Below are positions 10,015 to 18,778 of a stretch of 64,000 nucleotides of DNA, one piece after another. The translations under genes and the position numbers were made by a program. Each line of letters opens with the position of its first letter. Within the stretch, counting starts at the first letter, position 1. Source of the stretch: Candidatus Latescibacterota bacterium. GTDB lineage: Bacteria > Krumholzibacteriota > Krumholzibacteriia > WVZY01 > JAKEHA01. The notes below the pieces were generated by a model. It saw nothing but the letters and a program-made list of their open reading frames with translations, did no database searches and had not been told where the DNA came from. The stretch lies in assembly GCA_963707635.1 (NCBI GenBank), contig OY970173.1, forward strand, positions 1,024,001 through 1,088,000, given 5' to 3'.

Positions 10015-12720
10015 ATGGTACTCACTCCCGGCACCCGCCTCGGCCCCTATGAAATCCTCTCGCCCCTCGGGGCGGGCGGAATGGGCGAGGTCTACCGCGC
10101 GCGCGACACCCGGCTGGGTCGCGACGTCGCGATCAAGGTGCTGCCCCAGCATCTCTCGTCGAACGCCGAGGTGCGTTCGCGCTTCGAACGCGAAGCGAAG
10201 ACCGTCTCGGGGCTGAACCACCCCCACATCTGCACGCTTTTTGACGTGGGGCGCGAGAACGATACCGACTTTCTGGTGATGGAGTTGATCGAGGGCGAGA
10301 CGCTTGCTGCCCGGCTCGCCAAGGGAGCGCTCCCGGCGGTGGAGGTGCTGCGACTCGGCACCCAGATCGCCGACGCGCTCGACAAGGCGCACCGCGCAGG
10401 GATCGTCCACCGCGACTTGAAGCCCGGCAACGTGATGCTGACGAAGTCGGGGGCGAAGCTGATGGACTTCGGACTCGCGCGCGCATCGGGGCTGGTGGGG
10501 CCGTCCGGCTCGGGCGCGTCGATCGCGGCGCTGACCCAGTCGCCTACGGTGGCGCAGCCGCTGACGGCGGAGGGGACGATCGTCGGGACGTTCCAGTACA
10601 TGTCGCCCGAGCAGCTCGAGGCGAAGGACGCGGACGAGCGCAGCGACATCTGGTCGCTGGGTTGTGTGCTCTACGAAATGGCGACCGGCAAGCGCGCGTT
10701 CGAGGGCAAGAGCCAGGCCTCGCTGATCGGTGCGATCATGAGCACGGAGCCCGCGCCCATTTCGCAGGTGGTTCCGATGACGCCGCCCGCCCTGGATCGG
10801 GTGGTGCACGCGTGTTTGGCCAAGGATCCGGCGGACCGCATCCAGAGCGCGCACGACGTGAAGCTCCAGCTCGCGTGGATCGGCGAAGGCGGGCAGGGGG
10901 GAGCGCCCGAATCCGTCGCGAAGCGCCGCCGTGGTTTCGGGTGGTTGCCCTGGGTGGCGGTGGTGGTGGTCGCGATGGTGGCCACGGACATTGTGCGGCA
11001 GCTCACGACCGGCTCCGACGAAGGCGAAGCGCTGGTGACGCGCACGACCATCGGCGCTCCGCCCGGCGCGCGCCTCGAGATCTCGGGTGACGACGCGGGT
11101 CCGCCGGCGCTTTCGCCCGACGGCACCATGCTGGTGTTTTCCGCCGTGGGCGGCGGGGGGGGAAAGCGCCTCTGGCTGCGCCGGCTCGACGACTTCACCG
11201 CCCGCGCGCTCCCGGGAACGGACGGGGCGAGCTATCCGTTCTGGTCTCCGGACAGCCGGTCGATCGGTTTCTTCAGCCCGACCAAGCTGAAGCGGCTCGA
11301 CCTGGCGCAGGGTTCCGTGATTACGGTTTGCGACTCCGTGGATGCGGCGCGCGGCGGAACCTGGTCGCGCGACGGCGTCATCCTGTTCACCCCGGCGTTC
11401 TGGGAGGGACTCTTCCAGGTGCCGGCCTCGGGCGGACAGCGCCGCCGCGTGACGACTCCGGACTCCACCTCCGAAACGACCCACCGCTTTCCGCAGTTCA
11501 TGCCGGACGGTCGTCATTACATCTATCTATCGGCCAATCACCGCGTACCGGACGCAAACACGTCGGCCATCTACTACGGTTCGCTCGACGGCGGGGAACG
11601 CCGTCCGCTGTTCGCCTCCAAGAGCAACGCCGTCTACGCGCAGGGGTTCCTCCTGTTCGTGCGCGACAGTACTCTAATGGCGCAGGAATTCGACGCCGCC
11701 AGCGGGACCGTGAAGGGCGCCCCCCGGGCGACGCGCGAGGTGGTCCAGCTCGACCGCTCGACGTGGAACGCGACCATCACCGCGGCGGAGAACGGCGTGC
11801 TCGTGTACGGTCTCGGAGGGCGCTCCGGAAACTGCCGCGTGTCGTGGTACGAGCGTTCCGGGGTCCGGACCAAGGCACTGTCGTCGTTCGGAAATCTCCT
11901 GGCCATCGATCTTTCACCGGACGACCGCCGGGTGGTGATGGAGTGGCAGCAGACCCCGCTGGCCGACGACTGGGTGATCGACGTGGCGACGGGAACCCGC
12001 TCGCGCGTGACCACCGGCGCCGACGACGAAACCGCCCCCATCTGGCTGCCGGATGGGAAGCGAGTCGCCTACGGCGCCCGGGAGTCGGAGAAGTACAGCA
12101 TCTACTTCAAGCGGGCGGATGGATCTGCCGACCCGGAGCTGTTCCTCAATGATCCGGTCGAAGACGTCTGGCCCCTCTCCGCGTCGCGCGACGGGAAGTG
12201 GATCGCGTACGGCAAGGGGGTCGCGTCGGGAACCGCGCACGGAGCGCTGTGTATCAAGCCGCTCACGGGCCCGGGTGCGGCTCGCGTGCTGGTACCGGCA
12301 GCCGACGCCTTCGTGGGCGCGCAGTTCTCGCCGGACGCGAAGTGGATCGCGTTCTCGGCGTCGGTGTCGGGCCGCCCCGAGGTCTATGTGGCACCGGTAC
12401 CCGCCAGCGGCGAAGGCCTCTCCGCCCGCTGGCAGGTCTCCGGCAACGGGGGCGACCGTCCGCGGTGGCGCGGCGACGGGCGCGAACTCTACTACGTCCG
12501 GCCCGACTGCACGATCATGGCCGTCTCCGTCGACGGCTCCGGCACTGAATTTCGTGTCGCCGGCGAGACGCCTCTGTTCCAGGCGTTTCAGCGCATCCTC
12601 GCCCAGACGATGGATGTAAGCAGCGACGGCCAGCACTTCGTCATTAATGCGCTGGGCGGCGACGAGGGCGAGCCGCTCGCGATCGTCGCCAACTGGCTCC
12701 AGACCCTCGCCTCGCCCTAG
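10015..12720 (+). CDS. Hanks-type Ser/Thr kinase, TM helix, TolB/PD40 beta-propellers (kinase 3)
   Basis: AGGAG RBS; intact kinase motifs; TM WLPWVAVVVVAMVA; many SPDG/WSPD repeats. Confidence 0.95.
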   Translation: MVLTPGTRLGPYEILSPLGAGGMGEVYRARDTRLGRDVAIKVLPQHLSSNAEVRSRFEREAKTVSGLNHPHICTLFDVGRENDTDFLVMELIEGETLAARLAKGALPAVEVLRLGTQIADALDKAHRAGIVHRDLKPGNVMLTKSGAKLMDFGLARASGLVGPSGSGASIAALTQSPTVAQPLTAEGTIVGTFQYMSPEQLEAKDADERSDIWSLGCVLYEMATGKRAFEGKSQASLIGAIMSTEPAPISQVVPMTPPALDRVVHACLAKDPADRIQSAHDVKLQLAWIGEGGQGGAPESVAKRRRGFGWLPWVAVVVVAMVATDIVRQLTTGSDEGEALVTRTTIGAPPGARLEISGDDAGPPALSPDGTMLVFSAVGGGGGKRLWLRRLDDFTARALPGTDGASYPFWSPDSRSIGFFSPTKLKRLDLAQGSVITVCDSVDAARGGTWSRDGVILFTPAFWEGLFQVPASGGQRRRVTTPDSTSETTHRFPQFMPDGRHYIYLSANHRVPDANTSAIYYGSLDGGERRPLFASKSNAVYAQGFLLFVRDSTLMAQEFDAASGTVKGAPRATREVVQLDRSTWNATITAAENGVLVYGLGGRSGNCRVSWYERSGVRTKALSSFGNLLAIDLSPDDRRVVMEWQQTPLADDWVIDVATGTRSRVTTGADDETAPIWLPDGKRVAYGARESEKYSIYFKRADGSADPELFLNDPVEDVWPLSASRDGKWIAYGKGVASGTAHGALCIKPLTGPGAARVLVPAADAFVGAQFSPDAKWIAFSASVSGRPEVYVAPVPASGEGLSARWQVSGNGGDRPRWRGDGRELYYVRPDCTIMAVSVDGSGTEFRVAGETPLFQAFQRILAQTMDVSSDGQHFVINALGGDEGEPLAIVANWLQTLASP

Positions 12721-12754
12721 GCGAACCCCTCTCGGCGCGGCGTCGCGTTTGCGA

Positions 12755-12767
12755 TAGAATCCGCCGC
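12755..12767 (+). promoter_or_regulatory. Putative -10 element of a leaderless transcript
   Basis: TAGAAT at 12755-12760, 7 nt before ATG 12768, with no Shine-Dalgarno. Confidence 0.55.
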
Positions 12768-15045
12768 ATGCACCTTTCCACCGGCATCCGCCTGGGCCCC
12801 TACGAAATTCTCGCCCCCCTCGGCGCGGGGGGCATGGGCGAGGTCTATCGCGCGCGCGACACCAGGCTCGACCGCGAGGTGGCGGTCAAGGTGCTCCCGA
12901 CCTCCGCCCGGGAGGACCGGGAAGCCCGGGCGCGGTTCCGGCGCGAGGCGCTCGCACTCTCGCGGCTCAACCATCCCAACATCGAGATGGTGCTCGACTT
13001 CGGCGAGGATGGCGGCGTCGATTACATGGTGCTCGAGTTCGTGCCGGGGGAGACGCTGGCCGCGCGGGTGGCGCGGGGCCGCATCCCCGAGCGCGAAGCC
13101 GCCGAACTCGGTGCGCAGGTCGCCGAGGCGCTCAGCGAAGCCCACGAGCGCGGCGTCCTCCACCGGGACCTGAAGCCGGGCAACATCATGGTGACACCCA
13201 AGGGGCGGGTGAAGGTGCTCGACTTCGGGCTGGCGAAACTCGCGCAAGTGCCGAGCGACGAGACGCGCAGCATGGACGTGACCCAGGCCGGGACGGCACC
13301 GGGGACACTCGCCTACATGGCGCCCGAGCAGCTCTTGGGCACGCCGATCGACGCGCGCACAGACCTATATGCCCTCGGCGTGGCGCTCTACGAAATGACG
13401 ACCGCACGGCGCCCGTTCGAGGCGCCGCTGGCGACCGCGCTGGCCAACGAAGTGTTACACGGGAAGCTTGCGCCGCCGCGCGCGCACGAACCGTCGCTCT
13501 CGGCGCGCGCCGAGGCGATCATCCTGCGCGCGATGGAGCGCGAAAGCGCGCGGCGCTACCAGACCGCGGGCGAGATGCTCGGCGAACTGCGGCGCCTGTC
13601 GGCGGCGGACGCGAGTGATTCGGGTGAAGCTCGGGGGACGACGACCGCCCCGTCACGCCGGGTGACCTCGATCGCGGTACTCCCGCTCGAGAACTTGTCC
13701 GGCGATCCCGCGCAGGAGTACTTCTCGGACGGCATGACCGAAGAACTGATCGCGTGCCTCGCGCAGGTGCGCGCGCTGCGCATCATCTCGCGCACGTCGG
13801 TGATGCGGTACAAGGGTCAGCGAAAGGCGATCCCCGATATCGCGCGCGAGCTCAACGTGGACGCGGTGGTCGAGGGCTCCGTGCGCCGGGCGGGCGACCG
13901 CGTGCGGATCACCGCGCAGCTCATCGACGCATCGAGCGAGCGTCACCTGTGGGGCAAGTCGTACGAGCGCGACATGAAGGAAGTGCTCGCGCTGCAGGGC
14001 GAGGTGGCGGCGGCAATCGTGGACGAGATTCAGGTCAGCGTGACGCCGCAGGAAGAGACGCGCCTGCGGGACGCGCGCGCGGTGAATCCCGAAGCATATC
14101 GAGGCCTACCTGAAGGGGCGCTATCTCATCGAGCGTCGGACCGACGAGAACGCTTCAGGAGGGACTCGCGTGCCTCGAACGAGGCCGTGCGTATCGATCC
14201 TTCGCTGGAACTGGCGCACGTCGGCGTGGCCGACGCCTACAACCTGATGGGATTCTGGACCGGCGTGCCGCCGCGGGAGGCTTTCCCGCACGCCCGGGCC
14301 TCCGCGCAGCAAGCGCTCGAGATCAACCCCGCCAGCGCGGAGGCGCTGACCTCGCTCGCCTACGGGACGTTCTGGCACGACTGGAATTTCGCGGAGGCCG
14401 AACGCCTCTACCGCCGTTCGATCGATCTGAATCCGAAGTACTCGCAGGCGCACCTGTGGCTCGCGAACTTGCTGGTCGGGGACGGCCGGTTCGAGGAGGC
14501 GAAAGCGGAAGCTCAGGTTGCCCGGACGCTCGATCCGGTCTCCAACATTGCAATCACCTCGGGAGGATGGTGCCCCTACTATGCAGGGAGCTTCGACGAG
14601 GCGGTTCGCCTGTATCGCGACGCAACTCGGTTGATTCCCGATTTTGGACCTCTCCACTTGTGGATGGGACTGGCGTGCGCGCAAGCGGACCTCGACGCCG
14701 AGGCCATGGCGGCGCTTGCCGGCTGCGTCGAGATTCTGGGGCGCACGCCGGTGGTAGCTCTCGGCGCTAGCGGTCGCCCACGCGCGCGCGGGGCGGACGT
14801 CGGAGGCGCGCGCTCTCCTGTCCGAGCTGGAAGCGCTGTCCGCCCACCGCTACGTCGGCAGCGTACTACTTCGCGCAGGTACTGGTGGCGCTGGGCGATC
14901 ACGACGCCGCGTTCGCCGCTCTCGAGAAGGCCCTCGAAGAGCGGGCTCACTGGCTGGCATTCAGTCCGACGTGGATCCGGCGCTCAACGCGCTTCGAGGC
15001 GACTCGCGTTTCGAGGCACTGGCCGCGCGCGTGGGCATCCAGTAG
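12768..15045 (+). CDS. Ser/Thr kinase, TolB-N/FlgO-like domain, TPR repeats (kinase 4; frameshifts 14100-14970)
   Basis: Kinase motifs; SIAVLPLENLSGDPAQEYFSDGMTEELI (TolB-like); TPR-like helices; natural end DSRFEALAARVGIQ* at 15043-15045 rather than the ORF-track 15401. Confidence 0.85.
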
Positions 15046-15070
15046 GATTTCGCCGATCGAATCACCAGGA

Positions 15071-15107
15071 GAAACGGCCACCCCGGCGAACCGGGATGGC
15101 CGTTTTC
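15071..15107. terminator. Bidirectional intrinsic terminator between convergent genes
   Basis: AAACGGCCA-C-CCCGG-CGAA-CCGGG-A-TGGCCGTTTT hairpin. Confidence 0.75.
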
Positions 15108-15125
15108 GTCGAAAGCAGAGATCCT

Positions 15126-15680
15126 CTACCGATAGAGCGACTTGATCTGTCCCCAGGTGGAAACCTCGGTCGAGACCGTGGTCCTCTCCACTGTGAGCCA
15201 GATCTTCCAGCTCGCGGCTGTGGGGCCGAAGTTCATGGTGACTTCGCACTTGTACTGGCCGGTGACCATGATCGGGAGCAACGGATTGACGATGCTGAAG
15301 CCGGTATCCGTGAGGTTGTCTCCAGCTTTCTTGACCTTGTGGGACAGCACGGTACCGTACGGTGGGGCTGCTTCGACCGGGCCGGACATATCGAAATATG
15401 ATTGGTCGCCGCTGTTCGCCGAATACTCCCAGTGGATGCTGATAATCGCCATGTCCGCCGGCAGGTTGGCGAAGAACGAATCCTGCGTATTCGAGGTCGG
15501 CGTCGGCCCAATCGAGCCTATCCACGTGTTGACGCCGGCATCCAGCGTGAACGTGGGCGGGTTGGACTGGTCCAGGTCGCCGTCGACGGCTTCGTTATAG
15601 TTGACTACCGCGGCGAGACTTCCGCCGGCCAGTGTCACGGATAAGAGAGCGCACAAGAGACCTGTCTTGGCAGTTTTCAT
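15126..15680 (-). CDS. Secreted protein with C-terminal STWGQIKSLYR motif
   Basis: GGAGG RBS; Sec signal MKTAKTGLLCALLSVTLAGGSLA; beta-rich body; TWG tail. Confidence 0.85.
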   Translation of the reverse strand: MKTAKTGLLCALLSVTLAGGSLAAVVNYNEAVDGDLDQSNPPTFTLDAGVNTWIGSIGPTPTSNTQDSFFANLPADMAIISIHWEYSANSGDQSYFDMSGPVEAAPPYGTVLSHKVKKAGDNLTDTGFSIVNPLLPIMVTGQYKCEVTMNFGPTAASWKIWLTVERTTVSTEVSTWGQIKSLYR

Positions 15681-15892
15681 GAAGAACCTCCCGGAGCGGC
15701 CGTGATTGCCCTTAGCTTAGATCAGCCCGGTCTTCTGCGTACTTCCCCGGGGCAGTTATTGTACACCCGATCGACGTGGCCCGGGGGGCATTTCTTCCTT
15801 TACGGACGGGCTTTTTCGCGCCACAGTCTGCAGTGACATTGAGAAAGATGCGCGGCGAAAGCAGCCGCGTTCGGTCGAGGAGGTGATGACCC

Positions 15893-16942
15893 ATGAGCGA
15901 CAAGGATCAGAGATTCAGACTCACCGAGTTTGCGGCATGCGCCGGTTGAGCCTCCAAATTCAGCGCAGCGGGACTGCGCGAGATACTCCGTGAGCTCCCG
16001 CTTCCGGCCGATCCCAACGTGCTCGTGGGCCACGCCGGAAGCGACGATGCCGGGGTCTATCGTCTCTCGGACGAGGCGGCGATGGTGCTGACGGTCGACT
16101 TCTTCACGCCCATCGTCGACGACCCGTACGACTACGGGCGTGTCGCCGCGACGAATTCGATCTCGGACATCTACGCGATGGGGGGCCGGCCGGTGGTCGC
16201 CCTCAACATCGCGGCGTTCCCGGAAAAGGGGCTTCCGGCGGAGGCGCTTCGCGAGATCATCCGGGGCGGCGCCGACGTGGCGCGCGCGGCCGGGGTTTCG
16301 ATCGTCGGCGGGCACACCGTCAACGACCCGGAGCTCAAGTACGGTCTTGCCGTCGTCGGGATGATCGACCCGCGCCGCATCGTGCGTAACGGTGGCGCGC
16401 GGGTGGGGGACCGTCTTGTCCTCACCAAGCCCATCGGAACGGGTGTGCTGGCCACGCAGTTGAAGGCCGGCGCGCTGTCATCGCAAGCGACGGAGCGGCT
16501 GGTAGGCGTGATGACGCACTTGAACCGGGAAGCGTCGGAGCTGATGCTCCGTCACGACCCGCACGCGTGCACGGACATTACCGGCTATGGACTGATCGGC
16601 CACGCGAACGAGATGGCGGAGGCGAGCGGGGTGTCGATCGTGTTGCGAGCGGCCGCGGTGCCGCTGATCGAAGGCGCGATGGAAGCGGCCGCGCACGGCT
16701 ATCTCACCGGCGGCGGCAACACCACGCGCAAGTTCCTCGCCGAGCGCGTGCGCATGGCGCCCCCGGTGGGGGAGACGATGACGTCGCTGCTGTTCGACCC
16801 GCAGACCGCGGGCGGGCTCCTGATCGCGGTCGCGCCCGATCAGGCCGATGCGTTGCTGGCGAAGCTCAAGCAGCATCACCCGCACGCTTCCATCATCGGC
16901 GAGTGCGTGGCGCGCACAGATGTCTCAATAATCGTTGAGTAG
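15893..16942 (+). CDS. selD: Selenide, water dikinase SelD, selenocysteine-containing
   Basis: GAGGAGG RBS; ATG 15893 reads MSDKDQRFRLTEFAACAG-UGA(15947-15949)-ASK, in frame with ORF 16019; DDAGVY, TVDFFTPIVDDPYDYG, NSISDIYAMGG, TDITGYGLIGH and DPQTAGGLL motifs. Confidence 0.95.
15963..15979 (+). promoter_or_regulatory. Bacterial SECIS-like hairpin
   Basis: GCGCAG-CGGGA-CTGCGC stem-loop with a G-rich loop, starting 13 nt after the in-frame UGA. Confidence 0.75.
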
Positions 16943-17043
16943 AGGCGCAAGCGGGTGGCATCGAGCCGGGGTCCCCGTGGACGAAGTCCCGCGGGGTGGC
17001 GAGATGACAGGACCCGCGAGGCAGACGGAAAAGAAACGGGGAG

Positions 17044-18390
17044 CTAGAACATCGCCGCGCGCAGCTGCGCGGTCGGGCGCACCGGCGTCTGGACCACCAC
17101 CGGGTTGGTGACCCCGCTCAATAGCGACTCGTGCACCCGCGCCATATAGGCGTCGCGCGTGGCGTCGAAGCGCGCGATGTCGTGCGGCGTCACCGGGTCC
17201 TTGGCCGGGAGGTCGATCGCGCGCGGGTTCACCCACGCCCCGTTCTTCGTCATGCGGTAGCAGAGGTGGGGGCCCGTCGCGAGCCCCGTGGAACCCACGT
17301 ATCCGATCAGCTGCCCACCCGACACGCGGCATCCCTGGAAGATCCCCTTCGCGAACGACGACAGGTGCAGGTAGTAGGTGTCCACCGAGCGGTTGTGGCG
17401 AATCTTGATGTAGTTGCCGTTGCCCGGCGCGTACGCCCGCGCCGTGACGACGCCGTCGCCGGTGGAGTACACCGGCGTTCCGCGCGGCGCCGCGTAGTCC
17501 ACGCCGAAGTGGGGCTTGTAGACTTTCTGCACCGGGTGGAAGCGACGCCTCTGGAAGTTGGACGAGATGCGCGAGAACTTGAGCGGTGCCCGGCGCAGAG
17601 ACTTCTGCAGCGACGATCCATCGACATTGTAGTAGCCGACGGAGCCTCCCGCCGGCCTGAAACGGATCGCGTTGAATTCCTTGCCCGCGTTCACCACGCG
17701 CGCCGCGAGCACGTCGCCCACCGCGGTGTACCCCGTCGCGTACTGCCGGCGCTCGTAGAGCATCACGTACTCGTCGCCGCGACGCAGGTCGCTCACGAAG
17801 TCGATCGTCCAGCCGAAAATCTCGTCGAGCGAAGTGGCGAGCAATGTTTCCGCGCCCTGTTCCTGCAGGGACGCGAAGATCGAATCGTGAATGACGCCGT
17901 GGGTGACGACGTAGTCGGTTTCGAACGGGACCGACTCCACCGACGCGACGTAGCCGTCGACGTCGCGGTGCACGCGCACGTATTCCTGCGGGCTGGTATA
18001 GAGAACGAGGCTGTCGATGGCGCCATTGGGGGTCGCGTACAGGTCGAATGATTGGCCGGCGCGCACCCGGCGCCAGTCGTAGGTCCGGCGCGTGTCACGG
18101 GTCAACATGTCGACGTCGAAGGCCGAGACCCCGAGCTCGCGGAGTTCCACGTACATCGACGAGTTGCGGCCGATGGTCCCGCGCAGCGGTTCCCGGGCCG
18201 GCTCGACGAAGAGCTGCTCCACTTCCGCCGGGTCGAGCGCTTCGCTGCCCTCTTCGACGCGGATGCACCCGGCGATCTCGACGTTGTGTGACATGACCCG
18301 GTCCACCAGCGGGATTAGATAGGCGTCGCGCCCCGCGTAGGCGAGGACGGCCAGGAGGGCAACGGTCAATGGGGTGGCGCGTCTCTGCAT
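17044..18390 (-). CDS. M23 family peptidoglycan DD-endopeptidase (MepM/OapA/Csd3-type)
   Basis: N-terminal anchor; RFHPV...HFGVDYAAPRGTPV (HxxxD), YLHLS and STGLATGPHLCY. The usual HxH appears as HLC. Confidence 0.9.
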   Translation of the reverse strand: MQRRATPLTVALLAVLAYAGRDAYLIPLVDRVMSHNVEIAGCIRVEEGSEALDPAEVEQLFVEPAREPLRGTIGRNSSMYVELRELGVSAFDVDMLTRDTRRTYDWRRVRAGQSFDLYATPNGAIDSLVLYTSPQEYVRVHRDVDGYVASVESVPFETDYVVTHGVIHDSIFASLQEQGAETLLATSLDEIFGWTIDFVSDLRRGDEYVMLYERRQYATGYTAVGDVLAARVVNAGKEFNAIRFRPAGGSVGYYNVDGSSLQKSLRRAPLKFSRISSNFQRRRFHPVQKVYKPHFGVDYAAPRGTPVYSTGDGVVTARAYAPGNGNYIKIRHNRSVDTYYLHLSSFAKGIFQGCRVSGGQLIGYVGSTGLATGPHLCYRMTKNGAWVNPRAIDLPAKDPVTPHDIARFDATRDAYMARVHESLLSGVTNPVVVQTPVRPTAQLRAAMF

Positions 18391-18679
18391 CTTGTCTAAT
18401 TTAAGTGTTTATATCAGGTTATTCCGAGTTTTTTCGAACTTGGCCGATCCATGATCGCCGGTTGCCCCGGTCGGGGCAAGCCCTTTTTCGAGGCTCCGGA
18501 GGATCTGCTGCAACTTCCATTCCCCGAGGTGGGCAGAAGATGCCGCCCCGTCGTTTCCGCCAGCACCTCATCACTCCTCGCGGCCCCGAGGGATTGCTCG
18601 GGCGCGAATCCGCAGCGCGCTTTCAATAATCGCGCGCGAGGACCTAAGCGGGAGAGCAGTCCTTCGGGGCCGCAGCCCC

Positions 18680-18721
18680 AAAAACCGAATCCGCCGATCG
18701 CACAGGCGACCGGCGGATTCG
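18680..18721 (-). terminator. Intrinsic terminator downstream of the M14 carboxypeptidase gene
   Basis: The minus strand reads CGAATCCGCCGGTCGC-CTGT-GCGATCGGCGGATTCG followed by GTTTTT. Confidence 0.75.
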
Positions 18722-18778
18722 TCAGGGGCGGCGAATTACGGCGCCGCCGTATCTGGGGTTGGTCTCCCCCGGGGAGCT

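Noticed and set aside
4673..12720. Diversity-generating retroelement or CRISPR explanation for the repeated DNA
   Set aside because: The repeats are paralogous kinase domains; there is no reverse transcriptase, no adenine-specific TR/VR pair and no repeat-spacer periodicity.
15681..17043. tRNA-Sec (selC) or other tRNA next to selD
   Set aside because: No cloverleaf with a UCA anticodon or GTTCGA T-arm is recognisable in the flanking intergenic DNA.
18550..18580. Hammerhead-like core (minus strand TGATGAG...GAAAC)
   Set aside because: The invariant C of CUGANGA is G here, stem II does not pair and no stems I or III are evident.
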